Shown here: positions 49,012 through 59,618 of the stretch, piece after piece | How the letters are laid out: each line of letters begins with the position of its first letter | Position numbering within the stretch: position 1 is the first letter of the stretch | Assembly (NCBI RefSeq): GCF_006345805.1 | Contig: NW_021832415.1 | Span: 1-64,000, forward strand | Length of the DNA: 64,000 nucleotides | Reading direction: 5' to 3' | Source of the DNA: Octopus sinensis | Lineage: Eukaryota | Position numbers and translations under genes: made by a program | Notes under the pieces: generated by a model | What the model was told of the DNA's origin: nothing | Seen by the model: the letters and a program-made list of their open reading frames with translations, nothing else | Databases searched by the model: none

Positions 49012-51564
49012 CTTGTTATGTTTAAAACCTATCTGTTACATCTAAACTTTTCAAGTCTATTCAAATGGTATAAATAAGTCCATTCTTTTCCTCATAAGAA
49101 AACAATCTTTTATTAACAAAGTCGTTCAAACTGTTTTACCTGCTGCTGCACGTTATTAAAGAAATATAGATAGACAGTCTCAGATACTCAGGATTAGCTG
49201 TATCGTTCCGAATGGCACGTGTTTTCCTCATTCGGTCTAAATTTAAACTTGGTTTTTTATCCATGTTCTAGAAAAGTGGATCAATAAGACCTACTTTGTT
49301 AGAAAATTGAGCAGCCGTGAGTTGGCGGTCGAGATAAGTCAGATAACTCGAATTCAACTTTTCAAACTACATTCAATAGACTCTAACATTCAACTGTCCT
49401 CATGTGGAATCACAATTGATGCAATATTGACCAGAGTGATTCTACAGGCCATTCGGTTTGATGTAATGTTAGAGAGGCATGTTGAATAACTCTGGAACTC
49501 AAAACAACGAAATGGACTGGCTGACATGACAAAGTGACTATACCGAGTAATTAAGGCAGATATATAGGCACATCGCCACTCCCGTGTTTGCAGACCTGTT
49601 TTCCCTCACATTCCTTAGCATTGGTCGTCCAATGCCAGTCAAACAGGTGGTTTTCAGGACAATAAAAGTCACGGTCCAACTCAATTACCCAAAATCTGGC
49701 CTTCTGCCTTTCACGAACACTTTTTTTGCCAAAATATCCGAATAATATCACTCACTGAAAATCCATTTTTGCATTCCAAAATTTACACGCATACAAGCAG
49801 CCAAATGCTTGGTTTCGCTTCGTCTGCCTTGCTTCCCTGATGCTCCATCACTTGTGAGTAAAATAGAACATAGCTGGTAAAAATTGATGTTTGGCCATTG
49901 GTCATTATTTTATAGACAATGAGAGATTAATAAACTAGTATCATACTTTGTCAGGTTATTCTCTTTTGTTAAAAATTTGAAATATTTACGAGTCCAAACT
50001 GAAACTGCGAAACATCACCGACATGAGTCTCTTTCGGCCAGACTAAACAAGAACATAAAAATTTGTTGAAGAAACTGACATTTTTGGAAGAAAGGTTATA
50101 ATTTCGAGTGATTTGGGATATTCTCGAATACTCTTAGGCAAACTAATAATAATAGAAAGTACTCTCAGAGATTGTCTGGTTGACGATGTGCAGAAGTGGT
50201 GAGTGCAGTGCGACTATTCGATTTACTTTACGAGTTGATTTGTAAGCAAAATAGAGAATTCTCGTTAGTTACGAACCCATAAACGCCTTTGGCAATAACG
50301 ACTATCATTGTTTGTGATTTTGTGTTAGTTAAGCGACTTACGGCCGGGTTAGTTGTAAGAAAAATTTAAGATATTCTGGGTAAGGTCAAGAATTAAGCGC
50401 TCGGCATTACGTCAGTTGAGGGAGGGAGGAACAGGGCTACGTCTCCGTCTGCTATTCTCAAAAACTCATTCTTGTTTATTAGGCGTTGTTTTTGGTCCGT
50501 TCTTTGCCATTTTCACAACTCAATGTCATCTTTAAGATTAAAAAAATAAATACATTTCCAACTCAATTTTTGTTAACATTGATGATTGATTAAAAAATAA
50601 ATTAAACTCTGTGGTCAATCGAGACAAAACCACAGAGGTTTCTTTTTTAGTCCATTTTGTAGTTTTTTGGCGAGCAGCAAGTACCAATAACATCAGAAAT
50701 GTAATACTAAACAAACAAATAAAATATAGTTTACATGAGATCTCTTCTTAATAAAAATAAAAATTATTTTATTAAAATTAAGTTAGTAAACTATGGTTAA
50801 CCTATCTTTAAAAAAAGCCTAATAAATTAAGCACGCTGATACACGTAATTGGTTTAGTTTGTGTTATTATTGGTATTTTTCACATTCTTATTTAATTGAT
50901 TTGGAAGGAATAATCTTTTATGAACTTTCTTTTACTGATTAAAGAATTTGAAATTCATATTTTTATCATTTATACGATTTTATTCCTTCAAAGTCAATTT
51001 TTTGTATTATTTTAATATGAGTCATTTATATATGCAAACTATCTGAGATGATGGTTCAAATGATTTTTTCTTCTTTATCCTATCTTCAAAAACACCTTTA
51101 TGCTTTATAATTATATCTAGAGTCATTTCACGAAACTAAAATATTGATTATTAAAAATATTTTTGGAGAGTTCTGCTTATTCGCTCAAAGTCGGTTTGGG
51201 ATAGTTCTAAAATTGCTCTATATTTATGAAACCTCAATTTGTCAAGAATTTGTGTAATCAGACGGACATTCCCTGAAAATTCCGGTAAGAAATTCTTTGA
51301 AAAAATGTAATTTTGTCAACTCCGTTTTTATCTTAAAGATTAAAAAATAAATACATTTCCGACTCCCATAGTTGTATTTTATTGTTCTTCTGGAGTCTGC
51401 GGCAAGCAAGACTTCTCCATAATATTTGATTTTTATAATTGTAGTTCCACACTCAAATTAATTGCAAGTTAAAACAAATTTTCATCACTTTACATCTGAC
51501 AAAAATTATTTTGGCTTCTCTTTTTCTATTAATCGATTTGATTTATATTTTTCAAATTATAATA

Positions 51565-52340
51565 CAGTGGAACTTGTCTAAACCGGACTCCGACGGGACC
51601 ATGAAAATCGGCCGGTTTATAGAGAGATCCGGCTTATCAAGGTTTTGCATTAACTTGCATTTATTTTCAAAACGCTTTTTCTTGCTGTTTCCATTTTCAT
51701 CGTACACTCCATGTAATAAAAACCGGATTTTCGAATGCTTAATTTTTTTGATGTTCTGTTTTTAATTTTAGACTTTTTTTTTAATTTATAATGATAATCT
51801 TCGTAACTTTTCTTTTTATAATTTTTCAATAATCTTTTTGTACAGCTAAACTGACTATATTAAATTTTTTCTGTGTAAAAAAAAACCGGATTAGAAAAAA
51901 AGTCAAATGATCAATAATTAATGTGTCCTCCGTGTGCCTTATAAAGCTCAATGCTTCTTCTTGGCATGCTTTCAGTTAATTTTTTCACAAATTCCATTGG
52001 TATTTCGTCCCAAATTTTTATGATATTTTCGCATAAATCCTTTTTACTATGCAGCTTTTTTTTACTCAGTTCTTCCTTTATGTAGCTCCACAGTGTGGAG
52101 TCCACACATGTTCAAATCATTAGTAATTTTAGTTCTGCGTCTTCAATCCAAAAAATCGGAATTTTAGGCTATTTATTCGTATATAAACTTTTCCATCAAC
52201 AAGAGAAAAAGTTTCTAAATGCTGTTTGACTTTATATCTCTCTTTCTTTCCAAAAGTTCATCGAAATTTTGGGATTCTTTACATTTTTTGATTTTTGACA
52301 ACGTATTTCTAGTCAAAACCATAGACACATTTTTCTTTTT
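51565..52340. mobile_element. Cluster of DNA-transposon remnants: pogo terminus, Tc1 C-terminus and Ginger N-terminus; duplicated at 61681-62440
   Basis: TA|CAGTGGAACTTGTCTAAACCGG terminus; LWSYIKEELSKKK..ESMPRR..KAHGGHINY (minus); TFSLVDGKVYIRINSLKFRFF (minus). Confidence 0.75.
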
Positions 52341-52347
52341 GAAAATA

Positions 52348-54054
52348 CAGTACGATCCCGCCCCAATAGAAAAGTGCCCCAAATATAGAGGGTGCCCCTA
52401 AGATAGAGGGTATATATAATTTTTACATTTTAAAACCGATTACCAACGGATGCTCTTTATCTCCTTCCATATTTGTGCATAATAACAGTGTTATTCGTTT
52501 TTTAGAAAATTTTCCTGAAGCCCTTGATTCGGAGTCAAGAACTAATGTTTTTTTGGAGTACATTTGAAAAAAAGGGCAGTTTCATCGCAGTTGTAAAAAT
52601 TTTTCGATCCATATTTTTTTAACATGGCTGCAAAGCGTTCATATGAATCTATAAGCAAAACGGGATCCACTAATTGTTCTTCTCCAGAAATCGTGAGTGT
52701 TTTTATTTTATACTCTTCCTTAAAGCGTGAAATCCATGGGTGAGATGCTTTGAAATTTTCAATATAAAATCGTTGAGCAATTTTGAGTGCCATTTCGCGT
52801 ACCATTTCATTAGTTATGGTGTGATTACAGAAACGTTTGTTCTGAATCCATGCATATAGTGGTTCATATATCTTATCAGTACAACTTTTAAATGTAATAT
52901 TTCTTTTTGTTTGTGACGCCTTGATCAATACAATTGCATTTTCTTCAACGTTGAATTGATCACTCCAATAGGCATATTAAACCGCTGAGCCAAATTTTCT
53001 TGAGTAACATCAGGATTATTTTTCTTGAAATCAATAACTTCCAGTTTTTGTTGAATTTGATAAGTTTTTCTTTTTTTCTTCATATTGTTCACCCTTGCAC
53101 ACATGGTTTACTACAAAGAAATAGCGAGGAAAAATTATTTTAAAATTTTATCAAAAATTTTAATTTTCGTTATTTAAATATTCGTTAAATATATTTAAAT
53201 ATTCACTAATACAAAGAAAAAAAATTTTATTTTTGAATTTATCTAAGGAAAAACGTAAAAAAATATTTTGACTTTCGTAAAATGAATATTTTCGTTAAAT
53301 TTTTTTTCGTTAAATGGATAGTCTACTGTATCTGTATTTTTAATAATAAAATATGTTTTTTCGTATTAAAGAAGAGGAATTAATTTATTCTATGAAAAAT
53401 AATCAGTTATTTTGAATCCAGTGTTATATTTATTTCTTAGAATCTTCGACATTTTTATCTTGAATTCATAGTATTCTTTGAGTCCTTTGAGTCCAAAATT
53501 TTTCTGTTGTTAAGGTTCGATGCAATTTTTTTTGCAACAGTTTTCAGGAGAAATCCTGAAACTGAAATTCCATCTTCTCTCAAATTTTTAAAAACTTCAA
53601 AGACTAATCGATCAATTTGAATAGAAAGATCTGATTCAAAGTTCTTAAACGAGTGTTCATCAGAGCACGTTTCTGCTTTTGAAAATCCTTTTACAATTTC
53701 TTTTTTAATTCTTGAGACAGTTCCTTTCCCAATATTATATAATCGACAAATTTTTCTTTCAGAATATCTCCTTTCATTAATGATTCGGAAATCTTTGCTT
53801 CAAGTTCCGACTAAGCTTAGCTGGCATGCTTAAAAATATTTAAAAATTAATTTTAATAAAGAATAAAAATGAAATAATAAATTTTAATATTATCGATTGA
53901 AAAAGTGCCCCAATAAGCGGGGTTTCGTAGCTTCTTATTGGTCAAAAAATATACAAAAACTGAAAAATCGTTCAAAATAATTTTTATTAAAAAAATCGCC
54001 CCAAAAACAGAGGGTGCCCCAAGGCCGGGGTTTTATTGGGGCGGGGTCGTACTG
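52348..54054 (-). mobile_element. pogo/Tigger element, 1707 bp, 21-bp TIR, TA TSD; absent from copy B
   Basis: CAGTACGA(T/C)CCCGCCCCAATA at both ends with flanking TA; empty site with a single TA at 62447-62448; HTH remnant SERKICRLYNIGKGTVSRIKK at ~53460-53830. Confidence 0.95.
52440..53328 (-). mobile_element. Nested second pogo/Tigger fragment
   Basis: Has its own terminus CAGTAGAC at 53328 with TA. CENP-B HTH (LYAWIQNKR..FKASHPWISRFK) and NFYNCDETALFFK. Confidence 0.8.
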
Positions 54055-56859
54055 TAATTGATAAATATGTATTTATGACTGTTAATAAATTTCAAAATAA
54101 AGTTTTTAATAAAATTAATTATTAAGTCTTTTAATTCTTACAGCCTGACATCAAGAATGTAATCTGAACAAAAAAAATTTTAAATCGTAAAAATTTTAGA
54201 CATATTCACGTGTTAATTGTGAAATAATAAGATGTTAAGAAATTTCCCATCAAATTTATAAGGACCTTAAATAGACACAAAAATGTACACTCTATCATGG
54301 GATCTCCTATTAATAAAATTTACGTGGTTGATTTAGTTATATGTCGTGTTTATTTGATTCGATTTGGAAGAACTAGCTCTATCAACTTTCATTTACTTAT
54401 TATAGAATTTGAAATTCAATTATTTTTATCATTAATTTTGATTTTATTTCTTTAAAGTCAATTTTTTATTATTTAGACATTTTTATATGAGTATATTATC
54501 TGAAAGGTGACAAAGTTTAACAAAAAATATTTTCTTAGCGAATAATTTAAACATTAATTAAGAGAGGAATTAAAAGGCAGTCCAGAATATCTGGAATATA
54601 AAAAATTTCTAGAGACGTAAAGAAATGAATAAGTCAGAAATGCAACTTATCAAATTGAGATATAAGAGGTCCAGTTAGGTCGATTGTAGTCCACAGTTCA
54701 GTGAGTCGAACAAATGTCTGAAGATTTATGATAAGTTTATAGATTGCCCGAAAAGACTCGAAATGGATGAAATAGTCTACAACTTGATATATATTCATGA
54801 TAGTTATTTACTTGCTATTCGCGAGTAATTTTTTTATTATCATAATTACCCTGGACTTCTCCAGTGGAACTATACTCCTCGATATTTATCAATTTTGTAC
54901 CGAAATGTCGCTTTGTGCAAATAAAACAGCATTTGTGGGTGACTTTTTGGTATCTCAGGTCTACTCTCTTTGAATAATATCAGCATTGAAAAAAAATGAT
55001 TTGCCGACAAGTCCTTTTCTTATCTCCTGGATAGCTAATCTCTAATGAATGTTCATAGTTTTGTCATTTATTTGTGTTTTTTCTAAAAGTTTATCTGTTT
55101 AATGAACAAGACGCAATTCTATAAGGTTCTTCAATAATTAGATATTTGATTGTCAGCTCCGATTGATTGAATTAAAAGGACTCATCTAAAAATTTTAATA
55201 AAATTTCTTTTTTTCCTTTATTTATGGTCTTTACTGTGATTATTTCTACTTTTTCGCACTAATTTACCGAAAAGCTATTTTTTAGAATGTTTATTCTTTA
55301 TTTAAAGTCAGGCAATAGGTTAATATCTTTTAATAATTTTTATTTAGTAAATATGATTTTGACCACTAAGAATCGAAGTAAGTTTGGGCAGTATTTTAAA
55401 ACTATTTTTTAACAACTTAAATATAATAACACACTAGCGGATAAAAACCAACAATATTTGGTTTGAATATAAAAAATATTAAATTTACTAATATTAGGGC
55501 GTGTCGAATGAATCAAATTGACTATTTTTTAGCAATTAGTTATAGAGACGTAAAGTACTCTATAATCAATTGTAATATTATTTTTAATTAAGAATAGATC
55601 CGAAAGAAACAAAAACTCATAGTAAAGAGTTTAGTCGGCCCTAAAATATTACAACAATATCAAACAAATTCATTCCCTGTTATTATCCTTATCTGTGGAG
55701 AAAAATATCAAACTTATAGACAAAAAGTGAATATCATTATTAGAGTCGACAATTCAAAATTATATATTTTCTTGTTTGGGACAGTTAATTAGAATTGTAT
55801 TCTGGAAATAATCAAAGACTATTTTCGTTTGTTTCGATCATTTAAAAAATATGAACAAAATTAGTGTTGTGAGTTTATATTTAATTTTTTGATACGATTA
55901 GGGTCTTTTATTTTTCTAATTTCAATTTTTCTAAGGAATACAAAAAATTAGAACGAATATTTTTTAAAAATGCTAATGACTAAAATGCTATTTTAATTAG
56001 TTTAAATGATTTATTATTTCTCCAGTAACATGTACGACCGAAAAGCCACTATTCCGTGAATCACTGTGCCGATGGATGAGATGACCTGACATTAAGAGGA
56101 AGACATACCGCCGCCGCGATTATAGAGTTGGGACTGACATCCTCAAACATGACTCTACTGTTACTTCCCGAAATGATAGCCGAAATGGCGTAGAACACGC
56201 ACAGGAGTCCATTTAGAATATTTCACCCATGTGCACGTGTTTTTCATTGAAGCGAGATTGAGTTTGAAGAAACATAATGCAATGTTAGTAGATTGGACAG
56301 AGAGACGTCATGCCTGTGAATACCACGATCCACATCACCCTGAAACCCCACTCCTCCCCCATCCACACGCTGAACCCGGGATTGACAGAAGCACTGATCA
56401 CCACTGAAATAGCCACACTCTGCTCAGTGAGGTCACAATCATACAAAAAGCACACTCTTATCCAAAAGTGATTAGACTTGAAATAGCTCTTGTCGTATAT
56501 TTGGATTCGTCTGGACTTTGTTCGGGAAGTGACATTCTGTCGGATTCCAATAAAATAAATGAATAATTAACCCAATTTACTGATTTTATTAAAATAATGT
56601 AACGGACAGGCATTAATGATATATAAACATATTCGTATTAGATGAACAAGAAATTATTATTATGGTAAAATTTCTACAAAAAGGACTATTTATAGACTAA
56701 TTGAGGGCATACTCAGTCGTGGCTTATCGATATAAATTCAAGGCATATTTTGTGAGATTCTTAATATATTTATAAAAATGAATAATTATTTAATTATAAA
56801 CACAGTAAAGTAAATTTATTATTTAAATAAAATATTTAAATTAATTTATTTGTTGTGAT

Positions 56860-58038
56860 GCAAACCCACTCACTTATTCGCCCTTCTGGTCCTAAAAACA
56901 TATTCGCCCTTTCCTCCCACAATCCACATTCCAACATGGATTCAAGGAAGGATTGTCAACGACCTCCTTCCTCACCACACTAACAGATTTCATAAATGAA
57001 GGACACAAAAAGAAGAAATTGCAGGAGAAATCGATTGTATGCACTATCGACATTCAAAAAGCGTTTGACTCCGTTCCAAGGAAGATCCTAATTCAAAAGA
57101 TATTTGGTACAAATATTTCTACACCTATGAAGCTATGGATAGCGAATTTTTTGAGCGGACGTCGTGGAAAGTGTGCGTCGGGAACGAGAGTTCAAGATCA
57201 CGTTTATTGCCCAATGGTGTACCCCAGGGTTCTCCTTTATCCCCGACCTCTTCAACTTGTTTCTGAATGATCTCCCGGTTCCTATGGATAATAATGACAT
57301 ACTACTCTCCTATGCCGATGACATAGTTGTCGCATCAAGGGATGTAAATGTCGAATACGCGAAGGAAAGACTACAAAGAATACTGGACGACTTATATGGA
57401 TGGCTATATGAAAACAGACTACATGCATGTTCCGAAAAGTCAGCAGTCACTCTATTCACGAAAAACAGGAAGATGGGGACGAAAACTATTGAAGTCACGC
57501 TGAATGGAGTCCCAATACCACAAGAAAACACAGAAGATATTGGGTGTAACGTTTGATACTTTCCTCTGTTTCTCACCTCATGTTGAATCGATCGTGTCAA
57601 CCTGTATAAGAAAATCAATTTTGTGAAAGCCTTTCTTTGGAACTGTGGGAGAACTTGTCCGCCAGGGGTAGAGACCCTTTACAAGCAGTATATCGAGCCA
57701 ACAATAGGCTATGCATGTGCTGCTTGGGGCTGTAACCTGGCGGCAACGAACCAACTAAAAATCGAGAAAATCCAAGAAAAATCCATAAACCTACTGAAGG
57801 ACCATACCGACAGGAAAATTATCCATCGAACAGTGGAGTCTCTCGTAGAGGCAAGTAAGAGGGATCGTGGAGATGGACCACAAGCATTTCACCGTACATA
57901 CAGAAAGTGTGTGGGATCACGGTCTGAACATCGGGAAAAGATGGCTCGACTGTTGAGAAGTGTCGGAATCACCTGACACGTTAGTTAATGGTTAAGACGG
58001 TGATTCTGTTTTGGCTTAATTAATAATAATAATAATAA
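56860..58038 (+). mobile_element. 5'-truncated Jockey/I-like LINE with (TAA)n tail
   Basis: QHGFKEGLSTT, TIDIQKAFDSVP, WIANFLSGR, PDLFNLFLNDLP, SYADDI, YKQYIEPTIGYACAAWG; (TAA)6 at 58021-58038. Confidence 0.9.
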
Positions 58039-58438
58039 AAACTTGTACGAGAAGCCTCTCATGCTGGTTCGTGGTATGAAAATAGAGGTATATATTCAAA
58101 ATAACATTAAAAAAGCTGATTCATTGTCAAATGAACTCGAAGAATACCTCAACAAAGCAGAGTCATTCACAGAATCTTCTCGTGCTATAATTTCCCCGTA
58201 ATATAATATATAAATCATCACATACAGACATGCCGGCTACACCTACAGTGGACCTACTGCAGCTTATGCTTACAAACAGATAAATACAGACAATATGTTC
58301 TTTAAACGTGACCTAATCTGCCCAGATCACGTGTTTTTGTGTTAGGACCAAGTCATCATGTTGGCTTTAGAGGCTGTGCTCTGTCTCCTGCTGAAATAGT
58401 GGAGACACCACTAGGAAATCTTCAAGTTGATTTAAAAT
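58039..58438 (+). pseudogene. MEMO1: MEMO1 N-terminal exons lacking a start codon; truncated
   Basis: REASHAGSWY, RAIISP/HAGYTYSG..AAYAYKQI, RVFVLGPSHH..CALS..TPLGNLQVD; three micro-introns; 54-bp tandem duplication at 58421-58528. Confidence 0.88.
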
Positions 58439-58529
58439 GTATTTAATTAATTTCAATAATATAATTTATTTATATTCAAGTTGATTTAAAATGTATTTAA
58501 TTAATTTCAATAATATAATTTATTTATAT

Positions 58530-58640
58530 TAAAACTGGGAAGACCTAGAATCTTTGCGGGACCTCGCCCGCAACAGAGGGGCATGGACAAGGATGGTCCA
58601 GAAGATTGTTTCGCTTGTGACACGTGTGGGATTATAACTT
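58530..58640 (+). mobile_element. RTE-like 3' end
   Basis: EDLESLRDLARNRGAWTRMVQKIV..VGL* is paralogous to 6460-6529. Confidence 0.65.
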
Positions 58641-58886
58641 TGTTTATGTTCCTACGGAATGTGTTATAATATGTCACATGGGCGACTATGTCGCTATGGG
58701 CAGCCAGTCCTTTTACGTGTTTCTATGGAAACCGCAGAAAAGGTATTAAATATTGAATATAGCAATTTATATATGGAAGAGTGTAGATTAATCAATTATT
58801 CTAATTTAAAATTACATTTGAATTATCTTTTAAAAATGGCTTACCCAAAAGTATATTAATTTTAACAGCGTGGTTACTCACACTTT

Positions 58887-59030
58887 GTGATGTCTGGGTT
58901 TAAGGGTTACGTCAGAAATATTAACGAATACAATCAAATTAAGGAAGCGTTAATCGGGATATTCCCGGAGGATATGAATGCTCGAAGCAAACACCGGTTG
59001 GCCAAAAAGGCTTCCAATTTTTGTCAAAAA
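58887..59030 (+). mobile_element. Possible Ginger-like N-terminal remnant
   Basis: KHRLAKKASNF resembles RSRLLKLANKF of the 20771 element. Confidence 0.35.
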
Positions 59031-59070
59031 TGTCTGAAGAATCGTCAGCAGAAACATCATTTAATTTCGA

Positions 59071-59212
59071 GTTAGGGTTACGTTAGGGTTTGGGTTAAGG
59101 TTAGGGTTAGATTTTGAATATTTATGTTGTCACTTGCCAACGTTAGGGTTTGGGTTAAGGATAGGGTTAGATTTTGAATATATTTATGTTGTCACTTGCC
59201 AACGTAAGGGTT
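59071..59212 (+). repeat. Degenerate TTAGGG-like repeats within a ~60-bp tandem unit (2 copies plus a partial)
   Basis: GTTAGGGTTACGTTAGGGTTTGGGTTAAGGTTAGGGTTAG; units at 59081-59140 and 59141-59202. Confidence 0.85.
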
Positions 59213-59501
59213 CATAATCTAAACAAACAGTTGTGGTGAAAATGAGTCCTATTTGACAATTTTCCAATCTCTTGATTGTCCTGATTACATGCTTGTTAAT
59301 AATTAATTTAAATTGCCTTTTAACACCAGTGAATTACATACTTGAGGATTATTTTAAAAAATACAATTTACTTTTCAGATTTGTAAGTTATCTTGTAATG
59401 CGCTGAAATTACAACTGTCGGCGAACCAGCCTATGTGCAATAAGAACTATGAACTCATCATTGGTGACTAAGAAATCAAAAATATGCATTAAATACTACC
59501 A

Positions 59502-59618
59502 GCCATGTCCAGAGGGAATCAGAAACTGTCGCAATCAATGATGAAGACTCGTGTGGTCTCACAGTTCGTTGCCTTTTGTGGTCTTATCTACGCAATATCG
59601 AAAACCACTAAGCACTGA
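59502..59618 (+). pseudogene. 5'-deleted duplicate of the HIG1-domain gene
   Basis: Retains only AMSRGNQKLSQSMMKTRVVSQF..KH*; the upstream region, exon 1 and the intron are deleted. Confidence 0.9.

Larger units (their letters stand above)
48249..55100 (+). repeat. Direct segmental duplication, copy A
   Basis: Collinear with 59209-64000 (roughly 93-98% identical by eye), apart from large indels and TE insertions. The right limit is set by the window end of copy B. Confidence 0.95.

Noticed and set aside
49150-49760. PLC/C2-like remnants (KTRAIRNDTANPEY; VIELD) on the minus strand, duplicated at ~59780-60330
   Set aside because: The motifs are too short and the spacing is too compressed for PLC X-Y-C2; not supportable without a search.
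52348-54054. Apparent two-ORF pogo with an accessory DNA-binding gene
   Set aside because: An internal terminus (CAGTAGAC at 53328, with TA) shows that the second ORF belongs to a nested pogo element.
55990-56560. GC-richer hydrophobic minus-strand stretch resembling a transporter
   Set aside because: Several stops and frame changes; no family motif recognised.
58017-58038. (TAA)n microsatellite
   Set aside because: Explained as the 3' tail of the upstream LINE.
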